This document shows, piece by piece, positions 15,216 through 26,400 of a stretch of 64,000 nucleotides of DNA; position 1 is the stretch's first letter, and each line of letters opens with the position of its first letter. Under the pieces are notes generated by a model. It had not been told where the DNA came from. It made no database searches and worked only from the letters and a program-made list of their open reading frames with translations. The stretch comes from Kiritimatiellia bacterium (lineage in GTDB: Bacteria; Verrucomicrobiota; Kiritimatiellia; RFP12; UBA1067): NCBI GenBank assembly GCA_045598585.1, contig JAZLMG010000023.1, positions 6,051 to 70,050 on the forward strand, in the 5' to 3' direction. The position numbers were made by a program, and so were the translations under genes.

Positions 15216-15894
15216 GCGAGTACTCGTTACCGGTTCTTCTCGCGGCATCGGTAAAGCGATCTCGGAGCGCCTCAAAGCGGAGGGCTTCGAGGTCGTCACT
15301 CATGCCGTAAAATCCCCGTCGGCCGATCTTCACTTCGATATCGCGAATCGTGAAGAGACGAGGCGGGTTCTCGAAGAAGAGGTCGAGAAAAACGGCCTCT
15401 TCTTCGGAGTGGTCTTGAACGCGGGCGTGAACGCCGACAACGCCTTTCCCGCGATGGAAGATGAAGAGTGGGATAAAGTCGTCGACACCGACCTCGGCGG
15501 ATTCTACAATGTTCTAAAGCCGCTCGTGATGCCGATGATTTCAAATCGCATCAAAGGGCGCATCGTCGCGATCTCCTCCGTCTCGGGCGTTATCGGGAAT
15601 CGCGGTCAGGTAAATTATTCCGCCGCGAAAGCGGGCGTCCAAGGAGCCGTAAAAGCGCTCGCGGTTGAGCTCGCGCGTCGCGGCATAACGGTTAATGCCG
15701 TCGCTCCCGGTGTAATCGAGACCGACATGATCGACTCGATTATTCCCGAAGCGGTCGATGAAGTGAAGAAGGCGATTCCGATGCGCCGTTTCGGAAAAGC
15801 CGAAGAAGTCGCCGCGACCGTCGCGTTCCTCATGAGCGAAGGGGCCGCGTACATCACGCGCCAAGTGATCTCCGTTAACGGCGGCATGTTCTAA
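15202..15894 (+). CDS. short-chain dehydrogenase/reductase (FabG-like 3-oxoacyl reductase)
   Basis: 230 aa. Contains [14 protein letters not shown], and the catalytic S…YSAAKAG pattern. It overlaps the upstream gene by 14 nt. Confidence 0.85.
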   Translation: MPENKRVLVTGSSRGIGKAISERLKAEGFEVVTHAVKSPSADLHFDIANREETRRVLEEEVEKNGLFFGVVLNAGVNADNAFPAMEDEEWDKVVDTDLGGFYNVLKPLVMPMISNRIKGRIVAISSVSGVIGNRGQVNYSAAKAGVQGAVKALAVELARRGITVNAVAPGVIETDMIDSIIPEAVDEVKKAIPMRRFGKAEEVAATVAFLMSEGAAYITRQVISVNGGMF

Positions 15895-15920
15895 GATTTT
15901 CGAAAGGAAGTATCCTAACA

Positions 15921-16946
15921 ATGAAAGCTATCGCAAAGGTCGCCCCTCAGAAGGGCGTCGAACTCGTCGAGAAGCCGATTCCTACCGTCGGCATCAACGA
16001 CGTCCTCATCAAAATCAAGAAGACCGCTATCTGCGGCACCGACGTCCATATCTATGATTGGAACAGCTGGGCTCAGGAAACGATCAAGCCCCCGATGACG
16101 ATCGGTCACGAATATGTCGGTACCGTCGTCGAAGTCGGCTCGAACGTCACCTCCGTTAAGGTCGGTGATCGTGTCTCGGGCGAAGGCCACATCGTTTGCG
16201 GCCACTGCCGCAACTGCCGCGCCGGTCAGCGTCACCTCTGCCCGAACACGAAGGGTGTCGGCGTTAATCGTGACGGCGCTTTCGCTGAATATCTTTGCAT
16301 TCCCGAATCGAACGTTTGGAAGTGCGATCCTTCGATCCCCGACGATCTCTACGCGATCTTCGATCCCTTCGGTAACGCGACGCACACGGCGCTCTCGTTC
16401 AATATGGTCGGCGAAGACGTCCTCATCACGGGCGCGGGTCCGATCGGTTGTATGGCTGCCGGCATTTCGAAGTACGTCGGCGCGCGTAACGTCGTCGTCG
16501 TCGATATCAACGATTATCGTCTCGGCCTCGCGAAGACCCTCGGCGCGACGCGCACGGTCAACTCGAAGAACGAGAAGCTCGAAGACGTCATGAAGGAACT
16601 CGGCATGGTCGAGGGCTTTGACGTCGGTCTCGAAATGTCGGGCGCGGCGCCTTGCCTCAATCAGATGATCGAGACGATGAACACGGGTGGCCGCATCGCG
16701 CTTCTCGGCATTCAGGGCGCCGAAACGAAGGTCAATTGGAACCACATCGTTTGGAAGGGTCTCAAGATCAAGGGTATTTACGGCCGCGAGATGTTCGAGA
16801 CTTGGTACAAGATGGGCGCGATGATCCAGGGTGGCCTCGACATCTCGAAAATCATCACTCACCGCTACCACTACACCGACTTCGAAAAGGGCTTCCAGGA
16901 CATGATTTCGGGTCGCAGCGGAAAGGTTATTCTCGATTGGGAATGA
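15921..16946 (+). CDS. tdh: L-threonine 3-dehydrogenase
   Basis: 341 aa. …[46 protein letters not shown]… and the structural-zinc cysteines ([21 protein letters not shown]) closely follow the Tdh pattern. Confidence 0.9.
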   Translation: MKAIAKVAPQKGVELVEKPIPTVGINDVLIKIKKTAICGTDVHIYDWNSWAQETIKPPMTIGHEYVGTVVEVGSNVTSVKVGDRVSGEGHIVCGHCRNCRAGQRHLCPNTKGVGVNRDGAFAEYLCIPESNVWKCDPSIPDDLYAIFDPFGNATHTALSFNMVGEDVLITGAGPIGCMAAGISKYVGARNVVVVDINDYRLGLAKTLGATRTVNSKNEKLEDVMKELGMVEGFDVGLEMSGAAPCLNQMIETMNTGGRIALLGIQGAETKVNWNHIVWKGLKIKGIYGREMFETWYKMGAMIQGGLDISKIITHRYHYTDFEKGFQDMISGRSGKVILDWE

Positions 16947-16968
16947 TAAACGCATAAAAATCGCGTTT

Positions 16969-17009
16969 CGCCCGTTGGTTTTTTCACTTGCCAACGGGCG
17001 CTTTTTTTT
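16969..17009 (+). terminator. rho-independent terminator after tdh
   Basis: Perfect 10-bp stem CGCCCGTTGG (16969-16978) / CCAACGGGCG (16991-17000), followed by C and T8 (17002-17009). Confidence 0.9.
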
Positions 17010-17017
17010 GGTATAAT
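17009..17017 (+). promoter_or_regulatory. extended -10 box TGGTATAAT positioned for a leaderless transcript of the 863-aa gene
   Basis: TATAAT at 17012-17017. The ATG at 17023 begins 6 nt after the -10 (a second ATG is at 17026). There is no Shine-Dalgarno sequence. Confidence 0.45.
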
Positions 17018-17022
17018 GTGCA

Positions 17023-19614
17023 ATGATGAGAAAGGCACTTTCATTCCTAGGGTGCTTGTTGTTAAGCATAGGTTCGGTAGCCGCCGAGCCTAGCAAATGG
17101 CTTTCTTTCAACGATTATTGGTTCGTTGAGAAAGGTGCTTCGACAAGTACAACCATCGACGGCGAACAGGTCGTAGGGCGCACGCTAACCGCGGGCGATA
17201 CGATAGCGTATTGCACGTTTAAACCGGCGCAAACGCAAGAAGTCGAATCGGATGAAGAGGATGAGGAAGGTTTTCCTCTTTTGACCGATGCGCTCGTTTT
17301 CAACTCGACCGATTTGCTCGACCCTATTCCTGACGGTAGCGGCTACTTCGTCAGGCTTGAGGCGAAGTTCGCCCCGCGCACGACACCGAAAGTGTCCGCT
17401 AGCAGAGACTTCCCTTATCGCACGCTCCTTTATGTTAAGGAGGGCGGTGAGGAAGGTCCGAACCATCTCGCGTTCTTGGAGCGCGAAGATGGTGCGGTGG
17501 CCGCGAAAGAGGTAGTAACCGATATCGAAGCTACCGCTGATACACTCCTCAATATTACTGTCCAGATACTCAAAGATAAAACTTTCCGCGTTTACGTCGG
17601 AGAAAATGAAGTTACGGTTGGCGGTACGACTTATACCTACCTATCGCTTCAAAATGGCGAAGGCAATGGTGAAGGCAGCTACTATTATGCCGAATATTTA
17701 CATTCGTTTGCCTTTACCGGAAGCGTGGAATTTGACAGTATCGAGTTCACGACCGTCAATCCGTTTACTAAGACGGTAACTTCGATACCGTTTAAGTTCG
17801 AATACGATTCCGCCGCGCTTTCCGAGGTAGCCGGTGTCGAGGATACGCTCGATCTCTCCGTAACTAAAACTTATACGGTAACTTTTAAGCGCGATACGGA
17901 TCAATACGATTTCGAGGAGCCTACGCTTACCGGCAATAGTGCGAAGATTGACGAGACTACGGATGATTCGATTACTTTCACCGTTGCCGACACGTTGACC
18001 GACGATAACAAGCTTATTTTGACGCTTCCCTCGAAGGCCTACTTCTTTACCTTCGGTAACGAGAAGTACGGTACTTTCGCTGAGGTTATCGCGGCCGCAT
18101 CGAAAAGCGGGAATCCGATTCAGCTCACTCACGACATCAATCTCGACGGTCCTGTCACGCCAGGCCCTCAGGCGGAAATTACCGATAATCAAGATGTCGT
18201 CATTGACCTTAACGGTAAGACGATTGTCGGTCTTAATTATCGCAAAGATGCCAATGACGCGGCGGTTGTGAACCGCGGCAAATTGAAGATCGTCGACTCC
18301 GATCCGGAGAAGCGGGGTAAGATCGTCGCTAACGGTTATGCGCTTTCCGTGTCGCCCACTTCCGACACGCTCGCGCTCGGAAACTATAATAACGAGACGA
18401 TCATCAAGGCCGGCACATTCGTCGGCATCGTCACCAACGTCGCGGGCCGCATTCAGATCGACGGCGGTAGGTTCTTGAAGGTTTACGGTGCAGATACCGC
18501 TGCCGACTTTTATCTTCGTCGTCAGGCGGGCGTTTACATTGGTGCACGTTTCGATAACGCAATATTCACGACTGAAGAAGTAAATGGTTTCTCGCGAGAC
18601 TTTTGGACCGGTAATGAGAATACTGACTTAATCGAATTCCGCGTCGAAATTCCCTCGTATGCCACGCTTTCTCAGAAGCTTTATACGAAGACCGCTTATG
18701 ATGATGGCTCGCGTCCCGAGGTCACTGCGGCGGGCTACAAGGTCGACGAAGTCAATTGGCTCGCGCCCGACGAATATGGTATTGTCCGCGGCGAACTTAC
18801 CGCCGAGAATTATACTGTTTCTTACGATACCGGAGACAAGGCCGAGGTCTTGTCGTCCGCCCCGACTACTTACACGGTCGACGCTGAGCCCATGGAACTC
18901 CCGACGCTTACCAACGAACTTTGGGAGTTTGTCGGGTGGTATGTTAACGGCAAGGAGATCAAGACGCTCGGCGAATTCGCGACCTTCGATGGAACCGGCG
19001 TACTTCCCGACGATTTGATTTTCGACAACCTCACGCTCGTTGCGAAGTGGAAGCCGATCGAGAAGTCTTGGACGAATGCGATGAAGGGGTCGCGCTATAT
19101 GGCGATGTCCGAGGCGAACGGTTTTTATACCGAATCCACCAAGTGGCAATTCACGATCCCCTCCAATAACGGCTTCGAGTCGGGAGACTCGATTAAACTT
19201 AAGTCGATCACGCTTTCGACGGTTAATGCCTCGCCCAATAATCTCGCTCGTATGGCGCCGACGCTTCGCCTTGCAATCGGTGGCGCGACATACGATGCGA
19301 CTGCCAAGCTCGAGAAGAACGATTCTACCGAGTTCGATTACTTTGAAACGAACTTCGGCTTCCGTCCGAAAGTCGTTTACTCGTTTGATGCCCCTGTGAC
19401 GCTTACCATCGGCGCGCCGTATACGTTCACGCTTGTGAACGCCGAGGGCGCTCACCATCCCGTCCTTCTTCGCTTGGTTAAGAAGACGAGCGATACCGAA
19501 TTTCAGCTTATCGGCACGATCGGCAATAGTGTCCCGTCGCCCGATTATCAATCTTACGTTCCCATGTACGAAATCGTCGGTGAAGCTACCGATGTAATTG
19601 AAGGAGCCGAATAA
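17023..19614 (+). CDS. secreted 863-aa protein with beta-helix-like segments and one Listeria-Bacteroides (Flg_new) repeat
   Basis: Signal peptide MMRKALSFLGCLLLSIGSVAA. Contains an …IDLNGKTIVGLNY…AVVNRGKLKIVD… motif. Flg_new-like unit: YTVSYDTGDKAEVLSSAPTTYTVDAEPMELPTLTNELWEFVGWYVNGKEI. Its stop overlaps the pseudopilin ATG by 1 nt (TAATG). Confidence 0.85.
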   Translation: MMRKALSFLGCLLLSIGSVAAEPSKWLSFNDYWFVEKGASTSTTIDGEQVVGRTLTAGDTIAYCTFKPAQTQEVESDEEDEEGFPLLTDALVFNSTDLLDPIPDGSGYFVRLEAKFAPRTTPKVSASRDFPYRTLLYVKEGGEEGPNHLAFLEREDGAVAAKEVVTDIEATADTLLNITVQILKDKTFRVYVGENEVTVGGTTYTYLSLQNGEGNGEGSYYYAEYLHSFAFTGSVEFDSIEFTTVNPFTKTVTSIPFKFEYDSAALSEVAGVEDTLDLSVTKTYTVTFKRDTDQYDFEEPTLTGNSAKIDETTDDSITFTVADTLTDDNKLILTLPSKAYFFTFGNEKYGTFAEVIAAASKSGNPIQLTHDINLDGPVTPGPQAEITDNQDVVIDLNGKTIVGLNYRKDANDAAVVNRGKLKIVDSDPEKRGKIVANGYALSVSPTSDTLALGNYNNETIIKAGTFVGIVTNVAGRIQIDGGRFLKVYGADTAADFYLRRQAGVYIGARFDNAIFTTEEVNGFSRDFWTGNENTDLIEFRVEIPSYATLSQKLYTKTAYDDGSRPEVTAAGYKVDEVNWLAPDEYGIVRGELTAENYTVSYDTGDKAEVLSSAPTTYTVDAEPMELPTLTNELWEFVGWYVNGKEIKTLGEFATFDGTGVLPDDLIFDNLTLVAKWKPIEKSWTNAMKGSRYMAMSEANGFYTESTKWQFTIPSNNGFESGDSIKLKSITLSTVNASPNNLARMAPTLRLAIGGATYDATAKLEKNDSTEFDYFETNFGFRPKVVYSFDAPVTLTIGAPYTFTLVNAEGAHHPVLLRLVKKTSDTEFQLIGTIGNSVPSPDYQSYVPMYEIVGEATDVIEGAE

Positions 19615-20456
19615 TGAAGAAGGCCTTTACGCTTATTGAACTTTTGATCGTCATCGGCATTCTCGGTGTTTTGATGGGTGTTATTCTTTCTCAGTTCGGC
19701 GGTGCGACCGAAAGCTCGCGCGCGGCGGTTTGTCAGTCTCACATGCGTAACCTCGCTCAGGCCTGCCAGACCTACGCGATGTCCTGCAATTATTATCCGC
19801 GCGCCGGAACCCAGGAATTCGTTGACTATGATTCCAATACCGACCAGATGGTCTACGGTATTAAAGTCGGTTGGATTGCCCGTCTAGGCGACAAGGACAA
19901 TATCGGCCGCGTCGATTCCGGGCGTAAGAGCGGCAACTATAAGAGCGGTCTTACCATGAACGAAGATCAGATTGTCGAGTCGATCACGAACGGATGTCTT
20001 TACGCGACGCTCGGTAAGGATCGCGCTTCCTATACCTGTCCTCATGAAAAGGGCGCCGGTTGGTCGTACGCGATGAACTGCGACTTCGGTTTCACTCCTC
20101 CCGGAGAGAGCGATGCGACCGGTTCGAGGAACCCGGGCGCTATTTACTATAGCTCGATCAGCCGCGCCGACCGCAAGCTTCTCTTCGCCGAAATCGATCG
20201 TACGGATACTTCCGACGCGGCGAACGATCCGGTTCTTGATTACGATAACGAGCACATCGGCTTCAATCACAAGAACGGTAAGCTCACCGTCGCGCATGTC
20301 GTTTTCGCAGATTGTCACACCGCTCGCCTTGCACGTCCGAAGAACGCTTCGGAGAGCAAGCTTAGGGAATTGACCGAATGGCTCTGCCAGGGCTATGACG
20401 TCACTTACGTGGGCGGTCAATACGAAAAGGTGGAAGACTCCGCCACGGAAGATTGA
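19614..20456 (+). CDS. pseudopilin / type IV pilin-like protein with a prepilin-type N-terminal methylation domain
   Basis: N-terminus MKKAFTLIELLIVIGILGVLMGVILSQ is the class III signal (FTLIELL with Glu5), with Ala instead of Gly at -1. The C-terminal NHKNGKLTVAHVVFADCH resembles the H-X9-DG-type tail of PVC DUF1559-like pseudopilins. Confidence 0.85.
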   Translation: MKKAFTLIELLIVIGILGVLMGVILSQFGGATESSRAAVCQSHMRNLAQACQTYAMSCNYYPRAGTQEFVDYDSNTDQMVYGIKVGWIARLGDKDNIGRVDSGRKSGNYKSGLTMNEDQIVESITNGCLYATLGKDRASYTCPHEKGAGWSYAMNCDFGFTPPGESDATGSRNPGAIYYSSISRADRKLLFAEIDRTDTSDAANDPVLDYDNEHIGFNHKNGKLTVAHVVFADCHTARLARPKNASESKLRELTEWLCQGYDVTYVGGQYEKVEDSATED

Positions 20457-20458
20457 TA

Positions 20459-23400
20459 ATGAAGAATCTACTTAACAAACTCTTGATAATGGCTTTAGCG
20501 GGGGGGCTTGGCCTCCTAGCGCGAGCTGCTGCGCCGACGATGTTCGTCGACTCGCTTGAGCTCAAGGTCGGCTCGATAACCGACGAAACCAAGTCGTTCG
20601 AGGGCCTTCCCGTTCTCATTAAGGTCTATGAGTCCGATGAGAAATTCCCGGGCTTTATGATCTCCCGTACCGGTGGCCTTGACGGTAACGGCTCTGACAT
20701 TCGCTTCAGTCAAAATAACGTGATCCTTCCGCACGAAATGGTCGCCGCCGAGGAGGACGAAAACGGTAAGTATGTAAGTTTCTCGTTCTGGGTTCGCGTC
20801 CCGACCGTGGCCAAGGATTCGACGATTACGATGCACTGGGGCGTGAAGGATGGCCAGCGTCCCCCGGCGAACCGCTCCTCGCTCGTTTGGAGCGACTACA
20901 TTGCGGTTTGGCATGATGCGCCTTACTCGGCAAAAACCGTGAAAGATGTCTCCGAAAATAATCGCGATGCTTCCCGTGACGAGGATGGAAATCTCTATGT
21001 TAGCGGGCTCGGTTTAACCGGTCCCTTTACAATCAGCGCTCGATATATCGGTGATGGAATCGATGTTAATGCATATCCCGGCGGTGAAAGCAATATTGAG
21101 AAGAATCTGATCTTCGGTAACTTTCTCCGCAATCAATATGGTTGGGGTGCCGATGTATATTTCGTGAATCAGTATTGTGGCCGTGTAACATCCGGTGGCA
21201 AAAACGGATATGCGGCAAAAGCGAATATGAATCCTAACACGGTTACCGCGTGGCACAATGTGGCTTTTGTCGGTAACGATGATTTTACTTACTCTTTCTA
21301 TGTTGACAACACAAACATCGGACATAATGGTGACACTCAGAACTTTACTCACACCTCTTCCACCGTTCCGCTTCGTTTGGCTCGCGCCGGTTATTCCGCG
21401 AAGGAGATTCGACTCTCGGAAAAGGCGCTTTCGCTTGATCGCTTGAAAGAGGAGGTGAAGGCGGAAGGCGAGAATTATGTGACGCTCGCTGATGGTGCTC
21501 AGCATGTCATTGCCCAAGGCGAGAACTATTGGGTTCGCGAGCCCTCGCTTTCGCCGCTCGCCTTCTCCGATCCTTCGAAGGTTATACTTGATGTCGGACA
21601 GGCGAAGTTCGGTGGCCCTAGCCCGACGAGCTTCTCTGTCCAAGATGCCGCGGGCAAGAAGAAATTCTCCGGCGGCTTTGCTGATTTGGCTGATCCGGAA
21701 AAGAACCCTGCCGGTTTTGGTGCCTATCGTGTCGTGGTCACGACCTCTGATATCGACAATGAAGGCAAGCCGATTAAGCAGTTTCAAAAGATTATCTACT
21801 TCGCTTACGTTTCCGAAGTGATGAGTCAGGATCTTCGCGATAACCAAACGATGCTCTTCAATGACATTGAAGGTAGCGACAAGATCAATGATCAATCCTT
21901 CATCCTGGGCTCCAACTGGATTCATCCGACCGTTGTCGAGACGAATGATGTTGAGTATACGCGCGTCGCCGATGAGCACCTTACTCATAAGCGCGGTTGG
22001 CGCCTTCGTTATGGTACGATCGGCAACAGCCGAGAAAGCGACGCTGTTGGAAGTGATCTCGATCCGCTCAAGAACTACCTTCCCTTCGGTAAAGATGTCG
22101 GTGCTTTGAGCTACAAGAACCCCGGCGCGGCGGCTGAAGACTTGATCGATGCGGGCGCGGCGATTCTCTACAATTACTCCGACAAGACCGACCCTGCGGC
22201 GGTTTACTCTCCCGTCTATACTCAAGGTATCGGTGAAGTTTACTTCGATGCGGTCAATATGGACTGCGACTATCGCAATCGTCTTGAGCTCCAGTACATG
22301 ACGCTGTCGGATGTGACGAACGCTCTAGGGCGTGCCGATGCGACGATGGACGAAATCACGAATGATCTTTGGGCCAACGCGAAGCACACCTTTGGCGCGC
22401 TCGAGATTCTCCAAATTAAAGAGGGCGTGAAGGCTAATGTTTGGACCAATCGTTCTTACGTACCCTTGATGATGACGAAGAATAGTGACAAGGCGAACAC
22501 ATCGAGCTTCTATCGCGTCCGCGCGAAGCTCAATGTCGCCGAGCCCGTAATCTTCCGTATTGCTCGTACCGACTCGAGCTGGGGCGCGGGCGGTCTTACC
22601 GGCCCCGGTAAGATTCTTGTCGATAACATCCTCGTCAGCGATCCGACGACGGTCGTGAAGCTCCACCGCCTCGAGGACACTTGGGATCCCGAGCGTGATT
22701 TCGGCAAGTACCTCCACGGCGACCGCGGCACTTTGACGAAGCGCTTCCCGAAAGTCGGCGATACGAATGTTCGCGCTAAAGTCGCCGTTACTTACGAGGG
22801 CTTCGGTAGTAACGAGCTCGCGACTCGTGCGAAGAATGTCGCGGCGCTTATCTTCAAGTATCGTCGTCGCTACTTGAACGCGAATCTCGGTGAGAAGGGC
22901 GAGTGGAAGTCGGTTCGCATGGAGTGCGCGGATCCCGAGTCGGGCTCGATCTTTATGACGCCCGAGTCGGAGCCGCTCGATCTCGGCGAAGAGGGAGAAA
23001 GCGCGTTTGATGTCGAATATGCGTTTGAGTATACCCCGAATCCGACGAGCTACGATTACTTCGATTATTTCGGTCTTGCCGATTGCTCGTTTGCCGCCCG
23101 TGCTATGGATAGTGCGACAACCTTGCCTTATCGCGGCGTGGATGAAGGCATAACTCACACGCCTACGCTTGGCGATGACTTCTTCTTCCGTCTTCGCGAA
23201 GGCGCTTCCGACTATGAGCAGATGGAACTTCTTTGGCAGTTTGCTGATGAGAAGGGCGCGACCTCGAGTATCGTCACGAACAATCTTCACCTTATCGACG
23301 ATCATCTCTGGACCGGAGCGATTACGGTCACGAACGCGAACGCTCGCTTCGGTTTCAAGATGCGCGGTGTTAATAAGAATGAGCTTGGTGAGAACGGCTA

Positions 23401-26400
23401 TTGGATTTTGGATACAGACGATAAGGATGTCGAATCTTCGCCTTATTCCACGATTGCGATGGCGCTCCAAGGTGAGCAAGACGAATTGGCCGGCTATAAG
23501 TGGCTCTCGGCTGATGTTGTTAAGAACACTCGTCAGTTCGTCGTTCGCTTCAATGACAATACGGGCGCTTTCTCGATTTGCCGCGGTGACTATCAGGATT
23601 TCAACCACTGGACTGACGCGGCTGCGAAGTCGGAGGATAAGTTCGTTGCTCATGCGGGTCAAGTCGGTGATGATGGTGTGACGATTCCGATTGCGAACTC
23701 GATTCTTCAGCAGCGTTACCCGTCCGATCCCTCCAAGAATGTTTTTGAGGATTGGCAGGAGAATGTTTCCAGCGATGAGCTCTGGCAGGAAAAGTTCACC
23801 ACCACATGGAATGAAAACGAGCAGGCTCGCACCGGCACGACGCTTCTTGGTACGACTACCGGTGAGCGCACCTTCAACAACGGCTGGGTTGGGCATAACT
23901 TCATGTACGTGAACGAGTCGCTTAACAATCTCTTCTCGTCGAGCTATAATTCTCGCGCGGCGCTTTTGGAAGGTAAGGGCCGTGGCTCGTTTGAATGCGA
24001 TGAGTCTTCTCGTTATCCCGATGGTATCGGCGAAATCAACTTCGATGCGCGTCTCGGTCAGCAGCATACATATGACCGAATCTCGACTTATCAACCTAAT
24101 GGTGACGACTTTACCGATAAGGACTATCTTGTCTCGACTCGCGTCGTGATGTCGTCTAGGGCGACGAGCGCGACCGATCTCGGTTTCGATGGTCAGGGCA
24201 CGGTTTCGATCTTCGCTTATCATAACGCTAGCGGATCCTATGAATTTCGCATGAAGCGCCTTTCGCGCAATGAGTTGGAGCTCGGCCTTTATCGTTGGTA
24301 TCAGGAAAAGACCGGTGCGCCTTTGAAGGTGAAGGAGATCTACCGCGCCGTTCGTAATGCCACTAGCTATGATAGCGACACCAACGCGGGGCGTGTTCCC
24401 GGAACGACGCTTTGCTCTACGAAGCTTGCCGACGGCGAAGGTGAGAACACGACCGCGTATGTTGCCTTCTTGAGCGTTAAGTCGATTTATGAAGGAGAGG
24501 GTGCGAATCGCACCTTTGTCGGCAACCAGCTCTATGCCGGTTTCACGAATAACAATGGTGCCGGCGGCGCCTTCAGCAACCGTCCTTCGGTTGCGACCGA
24601 TATTGCCGGTCGTGAAATGAAGTGGCACTCTTTCTACGCTCAGGATCGCGGCTTTACCGATAGTAACAATCGTCAGGTCAAGCCGCTTCGTAACGGTACT
24701 TTCGGCTTCCTTTCGACCGACTGTCCCGCGCGCTTCATGCGTCCTCAGGTTCATAACGCGCTCGATCGCATCTCCGGTAGGAATCTCGCGTATGCCGACA
24801 CGATTGCGCTTCCGCCGGTCCGCGTTGACGATGGTAATACTTACATAAAGAGTCAGAAGAACGATAGTGACGCTAAAAACGATTTCTGGGATCACTGGTA
24901 CATTGCACCCTCTGCCGATATCGGTAAGTGGAATGTTTTGAATGAGGATTATTATGGTATCGTGACGCCCGAAGTCACTCAGAAGATCGTTGTCTCGACT
25001 CGCCCGAAGAACAGCTCCGAATGGACCGAGTTCAAGAAAGTCGATGTAGCTTCCTTTAACTATTCTTCGATTACCATCCCCGCTCACACGACAACTCCGA
25101 CTTGCGTCCGTCTCTCGACGTATGATGATGGCGATGATTCGCCGCGTTGTGATGTGATTCTTGACAACCTCGAAATGACTCAGTGGCACGCCACGACTAC
25201 GGCGAATCTTTCTTCGCTTGATAACGACAAGTTCGTGTTTACCGGCGTCTGGACCGAAAGCGTGAAGGGTTCGAAGAAGGCGGAGTTCTGGCCGCTTCGC
25301 GTGGCGACAGATGAGCTGCAGACGATTCGCTCGCCGTTCCTTGAGCACGGCATCGGCGCGATCTCCATCTCTTACGATCTTGAGACGCTTGATGAGCGCG
25401 CCGTGCTTGACATCGAATACGTTTCCGCCGAAGATTTGGCCGATTACAATGTAGTCAATTATACGAACAACAGCCGCTATCAAGACGAGTGGCAACAATA
25501 TAAGCGCTTTAACTACGATGATCTCGTTGCTGCCGGCGGTCGTATAACCGAGTATATCGGTTTGCGCGGCAAGCCGTCGCTCATTCGTCTTCGCGTTCCT
25601 CAGTCCGTAATTGAGGCCGCCCACACAGATACCGACAATGGTAAATACGGTCGTATCGACATTAAGTCGATTGCGGTATGGGACGAGCCGAATGTCGACG
25701 AGCGCTCTTGGACGGCGTGGAACGTTCGCGTCGCTAACGCGAATACTGCCGCGAAGGAATATGTTTCTTACGACAAGCTCCTTAACATCGATAGCTGGCT
25801 TGATCGTAGCGAAACCTCAGGTATGTCGATGGAACTTAATAACGGCATTCTCGATATCGCTGAAAACGATCCCGACTTCTATCGTGCGCACCTCCCGTAC
25901 ATTCAGTCTCCCGCGCTCACGACTCCCGAAGACAAGAACTCCGGCATCACCGTTGGTGAGATTAATTTCCGTGCCCGTAAGAGCGGCTTTGATACGGAAG
26001 ACGCCTGTGTCGGCATTTATGCGGTTAAAGACTTGAAGGGCGACGATAAGGATATGGTGCTTGTCGGTACTACCAATCTTACCTCCACCGCTTGGCAGAA
26101 TATCACGATCAAGAATAAAGAGTCCGGCGTGATGGCGATTCGTCTCGTCATCATGGATAAGGACGCGGAAGGCAATCCTGTTCATTCCGACCGCGCACTC
26201 TTCGATGAACTCTCGGTCACCGAGCGTGTCGACCCGAATGTCGTCGTTACCTTCGCGCGTCCGTTCCGTAGCGATCTTAGCTTCACCGCCCCCGTCGCTA
26301 CGATTACCCTTCCTGAAGAGCAGCCGCTCTGTCGAGAAGAGTTCGGTATCCAATGCGAACTCGCGTTGAAGCAGCTCGAGCCGGTGATTATTCCCGAGAC

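Noticed and set aside
22325-25624. 1,099-aa minus-strand ORF. Similar long minus-strand ORFs lie at 21014-22225, 26471-28261, 28852-30519, 31363-33765, 33844-35298, 35659-39630, 40813-41613, 41698-42609, 42901-43677, 43831-44964 and 45052-48882.
   Set aside because: All lie antisense to the two giant plus-strand ORFs. Their products are R/D/I/V/G-rich low-information sequence with no motifs, signal peptides or RBS. They are typical stop-poor shadow frames of strongly codon-biased genes. The plus-strand frames carry recognisable domains.
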